Assembly (NCBI RefSeq): GCF_018977255.1
Contig: NW_024704742.1
Span: 26,104,001-26,168,000 of the forward strand
Reading direction: 5' to 3'
Source: Callorhinchus milii
Taxonomy: Eukaryota
Length of the DNA: 64,000 bases
In this document: in pieces, positions 23,018 through 36,546 of the stretch
How the letters are laid out: the number at the start of each line of letters is the position of its first letter
Position numbering within the stretch: the stretch's first letter is position 1
Program-made: the position numbers and the translations under genes
Notes under the pieces: generated by a model
The model's database searches: none
The model's input: the letters and a program-made list of their open reading frames with translations, nothing else
Told to the model about the DNA's origin: nothing

Positions 23018-24446
23018 GTAAGATAATACTTTAAAATGTGTTTGATAATTATGCAGTAGACATAGATATTCTATTTATAATAAACGGGAACCATACATAA
23101 AATAGAGCTCGCCCCGTTTGAAAGTGGTAAGTCCTAGTTTATCTTGCACTGCTGTTAACGGCTAAATTTAAACATTTTTGACATTTAAAAATTCTCTGTT
23201 TCTTAAAATGTTAATTTCTTCTTAATCACTACACGTAGCAAGCCAGCGCAATCTGGGTAGGAAGCGTTGAAGGTGCCCAAGGTCATGTACTGCCTGACTT
23301 TCTTTTCCTCTTAGATTTTAGAAAGATGGCTGTTTGTGGACTGTTATGTGCAAATTGGGTGCTGCAGTTACCTACAAAATATAGTCACTGTATTTTACTG
23401 TGAAATTGTATCAATCGCTTTGAAACATTTTGACAACATACTCAGGATTATATCAAATGCAAGGATTGTCAATATAGGCTGTCTTATGAACACCTTGATT
23501 CTTACTTCAGTCACTACTCCTTCACCCCAGCGCCAAGTCTTGGATCACCGTTCCAGTTGAACATCTCATTGCCATATATCCAAATCTGTTAAGAAGACTG
23601 AAGGAAGGCTAATGTTTCAACATTGTTTTTACACTTCGACAACCAAACCATACACATATTGACTAGAAATCGTCCATCTAGTTGTCCAGTTGACATTCAG
23701 GTGGAGAGTTGTAAAGTGACAGAATGGCATCCTCAAATTCATTTGATTAAAATTCTGACAATTATAAATGAAGATGAGGCTTGGAGCACAAATAATAATA
23801 ATCCTTATGTTTGATATAGCGCCTTTCATGTTAGGAGGACGCCTCAAAGTGCTTCATAGAATATGTTGTAAAATTTTGACTGAATTGAATGCAGTCAATT
23901 CACTTTACAGTATATTCTGGGGACCTCTTTGAGACGTCTCAATGATGTGATAAGATGCTATATCAAATGCAAGGATTATTATTCCTAAAGTGTGGAACTT
24001 TAGGAATAATAATGTATTTTGTAGGCAATCGGGCAGCCAATTTGTCTTTAGCAATGTCCCACAAATAATCATTTAGTGAGTAACTGATTTGCACATTCTC
24101 AAAGTGCTAGATTTAACAGCAGCCTTACTATCGCTATACAATGGGGTCTAAAAAGCTCTGGAGCAGCATCACCACTGGTTTGTTGCTGACAAAAGTGCCC
24201 TGAAGGTCAACATAATTTTATCCAGGGAATCACCTGTATTACACAGTCAGGAGACTTGTGTTTGAATGAGATTTTGAATGACACCACAAGAGTTTTTTTT
24301 AGACAGTAATGTTTGTGAAATCCAACAAGGTATAAGATCTTAGGGGATGTGATGTGAACCCAAATCTTGAGTTATTTTACTTTCTTATTTTACACTACAT
24401 TTGTGCTCGGGTGCTGTGACACAATGCACACACATAACATCTTTTA

Positions 24447-25005
24447 CCTAGAATATTGTGTGCAGTTTTGGTCTCCTTATTTAAGAAAGGACATACTCGC
24501 CTTAGAGGTGGTGCAGCGTAGATTCACTAGGTTAGTTCCTGGGATGAGGGGGTTGACTTATGAGGATAGGTTGAGTAAACTAGGCCTATATTCTCTAGAA
24601 TATAGAAGAATTAGGGGTGACCTTATAGAAACATATAAGATTCTTATGGGGCTTGACAGAGTAGACAGTGTGAGACTGTTTCCCCTTGTAGGAGAATATA
24701 TAACTAGAAGTCACAGTCTTAAGGTTAAGGGTTAGCCTTTTCGAACAGAGTTGAGGAAACACTTATTCACTCAGAGGGTAGTGAATTTATGGAATTCTCT
24801 ACCCCAGAAGGCTGTGGATGCTCAGTCCTTGAACATATTCAAGACTGAGATTGATAGATTTCTAAAAGATAGAGGGATTAAGGGATGTGGGGATAAGGCG
24901 GGCAGATGGAGTTAGGTTAGAAGATCAGCCATGAATGGCGGGGCAGGCTCGAGGGGCCAAATGGCCTACTCCTGCTCCTAATTCCTATGTTCCTATGTTC
25001 CTAAC
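24447..25005 (+). mobile_element. CR1-clade LINE 3' end (shark HER1-like tail)
   Basis: LEYCVQFWSPYLRKDI...RRIRGDLIETYKI; tail GAGGGGCCAAATGGCCTACTCCTGCTCC followed by (TTCCTATG)n. Confidence 0.92.
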
Positions 25006-25245
25006 ATAAGAATAATTGTTTGAGGAACTCACAGGTTAGAAAAACACATTCAATCCAGCATTAACTTAAATAAGCTGCAAACCTATTGTTATATTGTTAA
25101 AAAAGTGTCTGTAAATTGAGTTTTTATAATTATTTAACACAAAATGTTTGTGTGTCAAACATCAAAATGAATTCCTGTCTTTTGAAGATTTAGTTAAGTG
25201 ACATTAAATCATTTCTTTACTCTCTCTCTCCACTGCATTTGACAG

Positions 25246-25330
25246 CCCTCAGATTGAGCTTGGTCTCTACAGCCTCAATTTACAAGCCTTGAAGCAGTTA
25301 GATACAGATCTCCATGGCGAAAAGTACACG
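25246..25330 (+). CDS. EVC: EVC exon 5 (SPQIELGLYSLNLQALKQLDTDLHGEKYT)
   Basis: 85 nt, phase 2-0; similar to human YSLHLKDLLHLDTALRQEK. Confidence 0.93.
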
Positions 25331-25541
25331 GTATGGTACAGTGCTTGGAAGGATCATTGAGCACATATTAAATATCATGGGTGACTTCATATCTTCTTGT
25401 GGACCTCAGAGTCCCTGTAGTGGTGCAATCAATGTGGGAGGCCAATTTGAATAAGAAGATTTTGATTGATGAGAAAGGGATCAGATTTCTTCTCACACCC
25501 AAAATCTCCACATATCTCAAGCCCATAAAAAGGCCATCTTA

Positions 25542-26615
25542 ACAAATTGTATTTATATAGTGGCTTTCACATCGGGAGGACATCCCAAGGCGCTGGACAT
25601 TTGAAGGTTAGCCCCCGAACTGGGGGTTGAATTCGGGAGGGGTGGGGACCAATGGGGTTGAGAAGATGACCAAAGGAAAGGTCAGAGAGGAAGGTCTTGA
25701 GAAGGACCTTGAAGAAGCGAGGGAAGGGGTGAGGTGAAAGGACTCCGGGATGGAGTTCCAGAGAGCGGGGGCAGAAAGGTATAATGGTGGGCAGCAGAGA
25801 GGGGGCCTTGAAGTGAGGCTGACGATGGGCAGCAGAATGGGGGGACTTGAAGCAGGCCAGTGCCTACTGAGTGGAGGGAGAGCACAGGTTAGAACGATTT
25901 TAAAAGGTCACAGAATGGGGAGGGTGGGGCACAACTATGGAGGGCTTTAAAATAGAGGATGAGGATCTTAAACTCCATCCTCTGGGGGATGGGGAGCCAG
26001 TGAAGCCAGTCGACGATGGAGGTTAGTGGCTCGCAGGAGAGGACACAAGCTGCCGAGTTCTGAAGTCTGTAAATTGTGGAGGGAAGAGTGGGATGGGGTT
26101 GAGTGAGCACATGGTAGACTTCATTCAGGAGATGATGGAGGAAAGAGAAGAGGGAGAGAGGGTTGAAAGTGTGGAGGGATGGATTGGTGGAGGGAGAAGG
26201 GGGAGGTGGGAAGGGGTAGCATCAGAGCAGATCCTCTTGATTTTGGTCCCAAGGAAGTCCATCATCTCCTTGTATTTGGAGTTGGAGGAGAGGATGGGGA
26301 AGTATGGGATTGTGGGTGAAGGTGCTGGTTTGTGAGGCAGTCTGACTGCCAAGATGATCCTGGAGTATAAGGATGATTTGACTGTAGCAAAAGTGGAGCG
26401 ATAGACTTCGGTGTAATCCAGCAAAATCTGGAAGTGAACCGTGTGGTTGGATTTAAGTCAGGTGCTTTCAGCAGCATGCACCTACGAATGTAGCAGATGT
26501 GACTGATATACCAGGGGGACGTGCGGGAGTAGTAGGTGGTCGGGGAGGTGAGGGAGCAAAGGGTGTCTAGATAGGGAGTTGTGAAGGAGGGTGTTGCAAG
26601 TTGTTGTTAAGTTAT
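25542..26615 (-). mobile_element. L2-clade LINE fragments
   Basis: LQNSAACVLS, LHWLPIPQRMEFKIL; same tail as the 53431 copy. Confidence 0.85.
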
Positions 26616-26640
26616 GATTAACTGTGTCTGGTCTTCTCAG

Positions 26641-26739
26641 ATGTTTCTTCAGATACTGAGAATACAGCTGAATGACTTGTACGTTAATGAAAAAATAGAA
26701 GAGGATTTCTACAAAGAGTTCCTTTCTACACAAGAAAAG
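26641..26739 (+). CDS. EVC: EVC exon 6 (MFLQILRIQLNDLYVNEKIEEDFYKEFLSTQEK)
   Basis: 99 nt, AG/GT; similar to human MFIQIFK...LSKQEK. Confidence 0.93.
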
Positions 26740-27670
26740 GTAATGTTTAGATCTTCAGCTACTTAAATAAGCACATTTAATCTTAATTTAGAATACGGTT
26801 TTCCACTGTTATTAAAAAGAACCAGCTTCCTAATTAAAACTGAATTTAAGAATTTTCCAGAATTTTGCACGATTTAAAATTTTAGGACAAGATGATCCTA
26901 CAGTGGAATTTTGAGCGGTGGGGGTTGTTACCTCCAGTTCCTCAATCTCAGTTAGCCCAGTAGGGAGAAGCATAGAAGAAATTCTTAGTGCTTTCTCCAA
27001 GAAAAGGAGGGCTGGATATCCAGTGGCCTAATGTGTAAAGGCACTGAGTTGAAAAGTTAGAGATTTGAATGCTAGATTTTGTTGGGTTAGCTTATCTCAG
27101 CCAGGGTGGCAGTAGTGGCTTTTAGCATCTGTGGTCAAGGACAAGAGGAAAAAGTAGTGATTTCTCCTGGACAATGCATGTGCTTAGAATGGATTCCTTC
27201 TCCCACACCAGTATGGTCAAGTGACTGCAAAATGTCACTGCCTCATATCGCACGTCAAAAATTGCCAACTTGTTCAAGGTACCAGAGGATGGATAGCACA
27301 CTTGGAATTATGAGTCAGTATCTTAAAGGGAGAAGAACAAGAACATTTGTAAAAAGGGTTATAAGAGAATATCCACCACTACTGTTTGGGTCGAGCTCCT
27401 GGTAGCCAGTTTTAGAGTTTAATTGGCAAATTGGTTTGTCTGCCTGTTCTTTTAGTCAGCAAGCAGAAGTACCAGGAGGAATGGACTCTCAATGAGGAGA
27501 AAATAAGTTAACATATATTAATTTCAAAACTATTATGAAGATGCATCATTATTGTAATTGTAATGCTTGAAACTGTTTTTATCCTTTTATTCAGAGACTA
27601 ATCTTTGCTTGCTTAAGGACACTATTTGCATTGTACTTGTGCCAAGCGATTGAACTTACCTGTTTAACAG

Positions 27671-27805
27671 GAACTGGAAGAGCTCAAGAAACAGCATCAG
27701 TTTATGCCATCTGCTACAGCTGAGAGAAAGGACTCAGATGCTTGTTATACATTAGAGGAAACTGAACAAAATGAGAGTAATTATTTACAATATGCCATAC
27801 GACAG
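27671..27805 (+). CDS. EVC: EVC exon 7 (ELEELKKQHQ...QYAIRQ)
   Basis: 135 nt, AG/GT, open frame. Confidence 0.9.
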
Positions 27806-28390
27806 GTGATAATTTAATACATTTTTACTCTTTCAAAAACAATGTACTACTACATGGCTCTCAGTTTTAACAAGCTGATCGCTAAAATGAATTACCCATT
27901 TTAATGTCTTCGAGGACCAATAGCAGATCTTTAAAATGTCTTTGTTATTTATTAACAATCTAGTTGCCTGATTGCATTTTGATTGATTTAAAGACTGAAA
28001 GTTTAGCATTTTACCATTATCAATAATAATTTGGTCACTCAATTCCCACTGTTGGTGGGACACTGCTGTGTGCAATTGGCTGCCGGTTTCGCCCATGAAT
28101 ATACAGTCAATTCACTTTACAGTATAATCTATGAAGCACTTTGAGACGTCTAGAAGACTTGAAAAGCACTATATCGAATGCAAGGACTATTTTTTATCAG
28201 AACAATTATTGTATTAATGATACTAGTTTTAATGATACTAAATGATACTGAATTTCAACTGCTCAATGAACTTTCAGACATATTCAGAACTTGATTCTTG
28301 GCAAGAGAGATTACATCCATTGAAACACCCTGCATAATGCAAAGCTGACAGTGCGAAGATGGTTAAATCTTTTATCTGTCTGTCTGCCAG

Positions 28391-28549
28391 ATCAGTGGGT
28401 TCCTTGAGCAGATTAAAAATGCTCGAGGCTTCTTTCTGAATCATTCCAAGCTTCCCAAGACTACAGTGGAGGACATCATGAGGAACACATGTGAGAAAAT
28501 GTACCAGGTGGAGAATCTGCAAACTGACTTCCAAAATTTGCAAGCCACG
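28391..28549 (+). CDS. EVC: EVC exon 8 (ISGFLEQIKN...FQNLQAT)
   Basis: 159 nt, AG/GT, open frame. Confidence 0.9.
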
Positions 28550-28809
28550 GTAGGCAGAAACTTGAAAAACATTATTGGTTTAAAATATGGTTCAAATTAA
28601 ATAGTTCCACCAGTGTTTTCAGTCCATTGTTACCTTGGCCAATTTCTCATGAAAATCGACTGTGGAGAAAAAGGAAAGAGCAGTATATACTTGACCAAAC
28701 TTAAAAGTAGAAGCTCCATTGGATGATTCAAAAATGTCTGTCCATTGAAAGCAGTTTTTGAACCTGCGACCTGCTGTCTCACCGGCTCAGTTTCACACCA
28801 GTTAGAGTA

Positions 28810-29041
28810 CTGGTGGCCAACCTTTCTGGTCGGCCAACAAAGTAAATTTCCTCGATTGAATATAAATATTTCTTCATTTATGCCATAAATCAAGAAATAT
28901 TTAATCAAGAAAAACCTGGAAATACAATACAGATCGAACACGGACTTCCCTAGACTAGTCAAATGTTTGGGGTGGGGGGCACGCTTCTTGACAGCCCCTT
29001 AGCCAAGAATCAGCCCACGGGCCGAAGTTTGGCCCACAATG
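28810..29041. mobile_element. Decayed hAT-type MITE
   Basis: GGTGGCCAACCTTT at left and CCCACGGGCCGAAGTTTGGCCCAC at right resemble hAT non-autonomous termini. Confidence 0.5.
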
Positions 29042-29374
29042 AGATAGAGGCTTTACCAACTGACCATGATTAGAGATGAGCGAGATCCTGTTCCTGATCT
29101 CTAGCAGTGACTGTTACTAGAAAGGGCACATGTCATTGCTGGGTAAGAATGAAATCAGGCTCAGCTATTATGATGTCCAGTCACATAGCTTGCAGAGTTC
29201 ACTGTCAAGGTGACTTGAAAGAATGTTCACTTGAGGGAGACATTGTAGGGTATCTGCTGCCAGTGGAACCTGGGCATGAGTCAGGAAAGGAAACGAGAAA
29301 ATCAGAGGTAAAAGAACCCAAAGTGGTCTCCTTTGGCAATTACCTTCAATATGTACTGCTCTTTCCTTTCATAG

Positions 29375-29591
29375 GTTATTCAGGACAACCTGCTGCATTG
29401 GGAACTGATGGCAAAAAGGCTTCACTCCTTCATGTGGCTTACTCAGCGAGAAACCAGAGACAGGTCAAAGATGGTGTCATCGATCCTAGATACACTCTCC
29501 AGCGATGGCCAACTGTCTTTTATGCAAAAGGAAGAGATCTTATCCAGATTTCAGCATGATCTTCAGGACGAAATGCAAATGTGTAAGAGAG
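29375..29591 (+). CDS. EVC: EVC exon 9 (VIQDNLLHWELMAKR...QKEEILS...MCKR)
   Basis: 217 nt, AG/GT; GQLSFMQKEEIL resembles human GKLSGRQKEELL. Confidence 0.92.
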
Positions 29592-30866
29592 GTAAGGTTT
29601 AAACTTTGCTTGATTGGATAAGCTACATAAATCTTGAAAATACAGATTTCCTAAGAACTTGATAGAAAGAGGTATTCAAGATGCTAAATGGGATGCAAAA
29701 AGAGTGATACTTTGTGTCAAGACAGCCGGACAAGAGAATATAGGTCATGGTTGTGAAAGATAATTTTAGGACTGGTACTGGGAAATCCTTTAGAGGATAA
29801 TTAACAAACTGTCTATGATGGCCAGGATGGATGGTTGAAGTCAGGATGTTGGACTTTTAAGTAAAGTTTTGATCCTGTAATGCAAGACATTAGGGTGTCT
29901 ATTCTAGAAGAATTAGGTCAATTTTTTGGCAAAGAGCCATACTCTTGGGATTTATGAGCTGAATTTGTAAAGATTTTAAAAATTCATTCTTAACACTCAG
30001 CTCAGTTTCATTTTCAAATTAATTTTGAGATAACTTGTCATAATCTGTATGTCAAATAATATAAACTCTCAAAAGATTTGATTGCAGTATCCCAAGGGCA
30101 TCTTCTGCTAGTATTGATTTCTACTCTTCTAGATAAAAAGATGCATAATGATCCCAATTCAATTCCCTGTCATGTTGATGATTTATTGGCTGAAAGAAAG
30201 AACGAGAATGCTGCCTGGTAATCAAAGACTATTACGTTTCAAATATGACTGTGGAAAAGAATTAATATGTCAGCCTCTTGAAAATAACATTTGTTTGCGA
30301 TTCACAAAAGTTGTACATGGGATTGAGACCTCTGAATTCTTTTAGTATTTTACATTTATGAAGATTATGGCAAACATGTTCTCCATTGCCACCTCAAGAT
30401 TCATTTCATTGACTCATTATTATCGATCTTGGCAGAGGCTTCCCAGTATTCTATTAACTGTGAGTTTGAATATAATGAACTGCAAGTGGATCGTGAGATG
30501 TGTGCTGTAATACTTTCGGTAGTAAATTGCAATGAAAGTTTAATAACTTTAGTGTGAAGTTAACGCAAGAATAAATTACAAGCAATAGGTATTGATTAAT
30601 GAATAACGGGTAAAAATTCAACCTGGGTCAAGATTGACTCGTATTAACATTCAAAGCATCAAGAATTTGTGAAATACAGTCATTCATTTTGAAGTCCATT
30701 TTCTATAATTTTTTTCAAGAACTACAGAAAACTTTCAAAATAAAAACTGAATAAAAATGTGACTCATTCTGAAACTCAAGTTAATTGTCAATTCAGACCC
30801 TGGTGAAATTTTTCTCCAACGTTGTTTTCCCGCAGTCTGCACTAGTAACATGTATATTTCTTACAG

Positions 30867-31015
30867 AATGCATCAAACAGACTAAAGAGCGTGTTTTAGA
30901 CATGAAGAAACAGCGCAAAGTTTTGATGAAAAGACTCAAGGATACACAGAGGAATGACACAGTGAATTTGACAGACCAAGCACAGCAGATGCTAGATCCA
31001 ACTGAATTCATTAAG
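30867..31015 (+). CDS. EVC: EVC exon 10 (ECIKQTKERV...DPTEFIK)
   Basis: 149 nt, phase 1-0, AG/GT. Confidence 0.92.
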
Positions 31016-31729
31016 GTTAGACCGAGTAATCAGTGTTCAGATAAATCCGTTGAATGTGATACTATTCATGTTTAGCATCAGAGTGTGACCTCCATTGTAA
31101 TGTTGTGAACACCAGGCATTAACTTGCTCATAACTCCCCTTCATCCAAGATTTCCATTCAGCTGTGCGTTCACCTCGTATATAAATAAACAGGGCAATCC
31201 CGTTAGAAGACAAATCAGTTGGTACTTCATGAACGTGCAGTATATCTGGCTTCCAGTGCTAAATAATGACCAATCTCCAGGTCTTCAGGTAGCTGCACAT
31301 TTCCTGGACATGCACAGGAACCATCATTTATATCACTTCCTATTTGGTGTGCTTCAACAAGACATCCTGCTAACTTCACTTCCTACACTCTGCACATGTG
31401 CGCGCAAGTGACACAAACTCTTGTTGATGTCACTGACATCAAGGAAGTGACATAAGTGGCACTTTGCTTGAGGTGTTAAACCCGCTTACCCATTCATCAG
31501 GTAGGCATTAAAAAAAAGACACTATTTTAAAAAACAAGGTAATTTCTCATGGGAGTTCTGGCCAGTAATACTCCAGGCTAATTAGTCGCATTCACCTCAT
31601 TGCTGTTCGTGTACCTTTGCTAGGCGTGTATAATGGCAGCTGCGTTCTGTCTTCAAAAACAATCACCATGCTTAGCCATTTCTGTAAAGTGCTTTGAGAG
31701 GTTTTGATATAGTTATGAATCTTGTGCAG

Positions 31730-31828
31730 AGCTATCATGAGCTTATGGAGCGTCAGTGGCATGTCCGCTGTGCTGCGGAGAACGAAGAGGACAATAAGGA
31801 TGCCAGGGAGGTTAATGAACTGTGGAAG
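31730..31828 (+). CDS. EVC: EVC exon 11 (SYHELMERQWHVRCAAENEEDNKDAREVNELWK)
   Basis: 99 nt; similar to human AFHEVLERQ; gtgagt donor. Confidence 0.92.
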
Positions 31829-32514
31829 GTGAGTCCGCTGAGCATACTTCACAGGTTGCATGTATTAGGGAAGCAATTCTGAATGCGTTGCAAGTAACAT
31901 TTCTAAAGGTTTGGATCCATTGTCTGAATCTTAAGTAAAAAAATATGGTTTGCACCGTATTATTCCACATTGTAATAATTTACCAAAGTGGGTTAAAGCA
32001 TTTGGAAGGATATATTATGGTTAGCATAATCTCCAAGCAAAAAAAAGTGAACAGAAATTTAAGATTATTTCTTAGTGCAACAGTGTGATATTTCCACTCA
32101 CTAGTTATTGTGAGAACACAGGAATGTACAGGACAAGAAAAGGTCATTGCACTCCACTTGACCAGTCGCAAAGTAAAACAAAAATCTCAATGTACAATTT
32201 TGGTGGAGGCTGCACCTACTTTTCAGATATCTCCCTATTCTGTACACAAAAGTTGGGTCAAAACATATAAATTTTGTAAGGACGCCCCTTGAGATATTTT
32301 AACAACACTATATCAAATGAAAGGATTATTATTATTTAATTCCAGTCTGACCATTGATAACACTCTGGAACATCCACTTGAAGAGCTGTACACTCCTTGG
32401 TTCCAAGTGTACCACGCCTCCTGTTTAGTAGGTCACAGTAGACCCACACTGTAAATGAACCTACACTTAATCATGATACATTCTAGCATGATGGGCTTGT
32501 ACTACTTTTTTCAG

Positions 32515-32727
32515 AGACTTCATTCTGCCTCATCCAGCGCTGCAGAGAAACTGGTCAAAGAGCTTTTTCTAGAGACTCTTCCAAACCTGACAGAAGTACC
32601 TTCATGTAAAATGGAAATTCTAAGGACTCACATGCTGCAAGATCTAACAGCAAGCAAGGAGAGAGCGACAGAAGAAAGAAAACGGCATCTGAAACTGGTC
32701 CAAGATAACGTGACCCAAGTGAAGCAG
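32515..32727 (+). CDS. EVC: EVC exon 12 (RLHSASS...LFLETLP...KLVQDNVTQVKQ), probable GC donor
   Basis: tttttcag acceptor. The 3' end is placed at CAG/gcatgc by ungapped similarity to the recalled human exon; an in-frame GT donor after 32718 is the alternative. Confidence 0.88.
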
Positions 32728-33134
32728 GCATGCTGAATAACCAATGCTATCTTCTCTGTCATTCATTGGCTATTTCACTGGCTGTTTCTCTCTGCCATTC
32801 ACCATTGCCTTGCCAGCAGGGTGAGCAGAGCCACTCACCAGCCATTATTTAGGCCACTCTTTCAGCACTTAGTAATAGGTGCCTAACAATAAATGGGACA
32901 TATCCTTGATTTCTTCTTTACAGAGGCAGCTGCCCTCTGTTTTCCATGGCCCACTGGCAGTTCGGAGAGCTCATCATATGTGGAATCCTGGGAGTGACCA
33001 TGTGTCTGCCACTGTACCAGTTTTTGGAACCAATTCCATAAACAATTGGATTACCAGTCAGTTAACAGAACTGTGCACTTGATCAGGTTTTATAAATGGT
33101 TGTTTTGTGTAATTGGCAGCACCTTTTAGGATAT

Positions 33135-33514
33135 GTGGAGTTCTGTAGCCTATTGGTTAGAGCACTCAGCTCACAAGCGAGAGGACCCCAATTTGATGTG
33201 GTAGGGCGAAACCGTAGCCAAGCTTCCTTACTCCATAAGCCTGTTTACCGAGCAGTGAGTAAGAACCTTGTTCGTATTTACCACTAAGTAAACAGGCAGA
33301 TCATTTTTCAGGGATAATAATCCCTTCCAAAAAAATAATAATAATAATTTGGTCACTCAGTTCACGACTGTTTGTGGGACACTGCTGTGCGCAATTGACT
33401 GCCGCGTTTCATCCACAAAATATAGTCAATTTACTTAACAGTATATTCTGTGAAGCGCTTTGAGACGTCTCAATTCATGACCAGGCACTATATTAAATAC
33501 AAGGATTATTATTA
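33135..33514 (+). mobile_element. Older, longer SINE variant with an extra internal segment
   Basis: Same head and tail plus ~70 bp (GTTTACCGAGCAGTGAGTAAGAACC...). Confidence 0.85.
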
Positions 33515-33558
33515 CCTTAGATTACTATTATCATGATATCTTTCACTGTGGCTTTCAG

Positions 33559-33668
33559 ACTTGGCAAGAAGACCAGGTACTTGCTTCAGCGAAGCAGCAA
33601 CATCTGGTCGACCAACAGGAGAAGATCATTCAAGGCTTCCTAAAGAGACAGAGTGGCCTGGACGAGGA
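33559..33668 (+). CDS. EVC: EVC exon 13 (TWQEDQVLAS...RQSGLDE)
   Basis: 110 nt, AG/GT. Confidence 0.92.
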
Positions 33669-34849
33669 GTGAGTATGATTTGCTTGAGTAATGGTAGTCC
33701 ATAGTAACATAGAATCATAGAAATTTACAGTACACAAGGAGGCTATTCGGCCCATTGAGTTGGCACCAGCTCTCAGAGTAAAGTGCACAAGCTGAGCACG
33801 GCTCTCATTCAATGCCACTAACCTGCTCTATCCCCAGACCCTTCTAGCCCTCAAATTTTTATAAACGTCCCTACTTCCCTCTTGAAACCCACAATAGACA
33901 CCCACAATTTACTGAATCATTTAACAGGAAACAGCTAAAAACATCCTGAAACTAATGGTAGCTTCCACAGTTAACTCCCAACTAACCCAACTGAGATTGA
34001 TTAATTCAGCGCAGACCAGATTTTATTAGTCTCACTGTATGATCTTATATTCTTATATTTATACACAGTTTATCCTGATTTCTTTGTAGACAAGCTGTTT
34101 TCAATCTTTGACAGCTTCCTTGTTGCTGGTATCATGGATTATCCTGCTGTCCCTTCACTGTGCGCTGTTTCAGCATCACTTGCCGTGCTCTCTCACTGCA
34201 CAAACTGAATTGAGGATAACCAGATACAGACTGAGCTTCACAGAGAGAATATCATTGTAAAGTCACACCTATTAATATTAGAGGCACTCAATATTTATTG
34301 ATTGCAAGTGTACTAAGCAAGCAAAATATTAAATTTATTCTACATTTGAGAGAAACTAAAACCTCATTGCCATGCGTTTTGCTCATAATATAAACTGGAA
34401 TGTCTGTTATTCTCCACCAAAATCCAAATAATACAGCATAGTCGCATTATATTGCATTCCTTGGACATTCCAAGAATTTATATCCCTTTTATTCATCAAT
34501 AAGCAAGAATAGTCTTTCACTATCTCAAAACCTTGATGAATTTTTAAGAGCTCAATTTGATCTCCTCTTAACCTTCCCTGTTCCAGTAGAAACAGACCAA
34601 TCGTTTAAGGCGTATAACGATAACTATAGTTCCTCATCACAAGTAATTCCTACCTTAATTCTGTACACATTATATACCGTAATTACCACTAGCATTATTT
34701 TGACCTTTAGCATTGTTTGTCCTTTGTGTCTGATTAACCTTTCCTTTGTGCCCACTCACAGTGCAATCTCCAGTTTAGCTCCTAACTGTTGCACATGTAA
34801 TCAGTCTGTGTTTGTGTTCTTCACATCTGTATATAACCTGTTCTTTCAG

Positions 34850-35060
34850 GGTTTCTAAACGCATTGTGCTGGAACACAAGCTGGCTCTACAAGCCATGGT
34901 CAGGCAGCTAGCTCTGAGGCAGCTCAGTCTCAAGATGCTCAAAGACATGAGGCTTTCCAAGGGAAAAAGTCTACTGGAGGAACTCAGGGACCAACAGATG
35001 AAAGAATCAGCCATTTGGGATCAGGATGAAGATGAGAACAAGAGGCTGCAGAAAAACCTG
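34850..35060 (+). CDS. EVC: EVC exon 14 (VSKRIVLEHKL...RQLALRQ...MRLSKGKSLLEELRDQ...KNL)
   Basis: 211 nt; similar to human RRLALRG...MRLSGKKHLLQELREQ. Confidence 0.94.
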
Positions 35061-36216
35061 GTACAGAAACCATATACAATCCCTTCAGTCAAAGATACTC
35101 AGGATAAACATAATATGTACAGTCAAGCTTTAATATCAAACTACTGTTAACATATGTGATATTAAATTCATCTTATAACTGTTGTATAGGAGGTTGTATT
35201 CAATGTTGAACTGGTGAACATTTATTAGTAATAATCAGGTCCTCTATGGGCAGTGATGCTAACATCTTATATTAGTATTAGTGTTTATTTAATGTTAAAT
35301 ACACCTGATGGGTACACATGGTTTTCATGTTAGAGATGAAATTTGTTAAGTCATACCCCTAATGCATTCCAAATGGGTCTTCAGGCTAAAACCTGCTTTG
35401 TAATCAACTGCCAATGTCAAAATCACTGCATGAGATTGGAGTAAAAAGTTGAAGGATTCTATGTGGTACCCAGACTAGTATCAGAATTTAATTCGCAATA
35501 ACTCTTAGGGGATTGCTTATTAAGGAATTCTCGTCATACAATTACAGATTTCTTCCAGTAACCAGAATTCTGCCATACCAGCCCATGGGGTCCAATTTGT
35601 GTTGATTCTTAACAGGATTCCTTATTACAATACTGCAAATTTCACTCCATCAGAGTATCCACTGGATCTTACAATCAATAGTCTGATGTCAATACTCTGG
35701 TTAGATTTGAACCCAGAATCCAATATAATGGGTAAACCAGTACACTATCTAGATCTCACAATCTCTTCACTATTCAGTTTTCTTTATTTAATAACCAAAG
35801 TTTTTCTTCCACCCTGGATGTTCTGAAAACTAAATCTTCTCATTTTAATGTCATGAAACAGATTATTTTCTTGGGATTTTTAACTTGAGATGTGAGGTAT
35901 CAGTTTTGCTCTTTCACCCTCTCTATTGCACTTTCACGGCCTTTCATTACAGATTATTCTACACCAGTAAAGTTGAACTCAGACTTGTATAATGAGTAAC
36001 TTATACCCATTTACACAATGGGATGGGATGCAATTGGGGAAAAAAGAGAACTTATTTTTATTAGTCAGGAGATGATCTGGACACATGTGAGCCTTCTGAA
36101 TTGATTTGGATCAGAAATGAACCTTTGATTGTGCTGATCATGAATATCATTGGCCACGTATCTGAGATTTATTCAGATTGGGATAGAAAGTTATTCAGCC
36201 CAGGAGAGGGTGCTTG

Positions 36217-36546
36217 TAATAATAATAATAATAATCCTTGCATTTGATATAGCGCTTTTCACGTCGGGAGGACGTCCCAAAGCGCTTCACAGAATATACT
36301 GTAAAGTGAATTGACTGTATATTTGTGGGCGAACGCGGCAGCCAATTGCGCACAGCAATGTCCCACAAACAGTCGTAGATTGAAAATGACCAATTTATTA
36401 TTGTTTTTTTTTTGGGTTTTTTGGAGGGATTATTATTAGGCGTGTGGAGTAAGGAAACTTGCCCAAGGTTTCGCCCTGCCTGGAATTGAACCCAGGTGTC
36501 TTGCTTGCAAAGCAAGTGCTCTAACCACTGAGCTACAGGACTCCAC
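36217..36546 (-). mobile_element. Same young SINE, full length
   Basis: Reverse complement of the 21281 copy. Confidence 0.9.
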
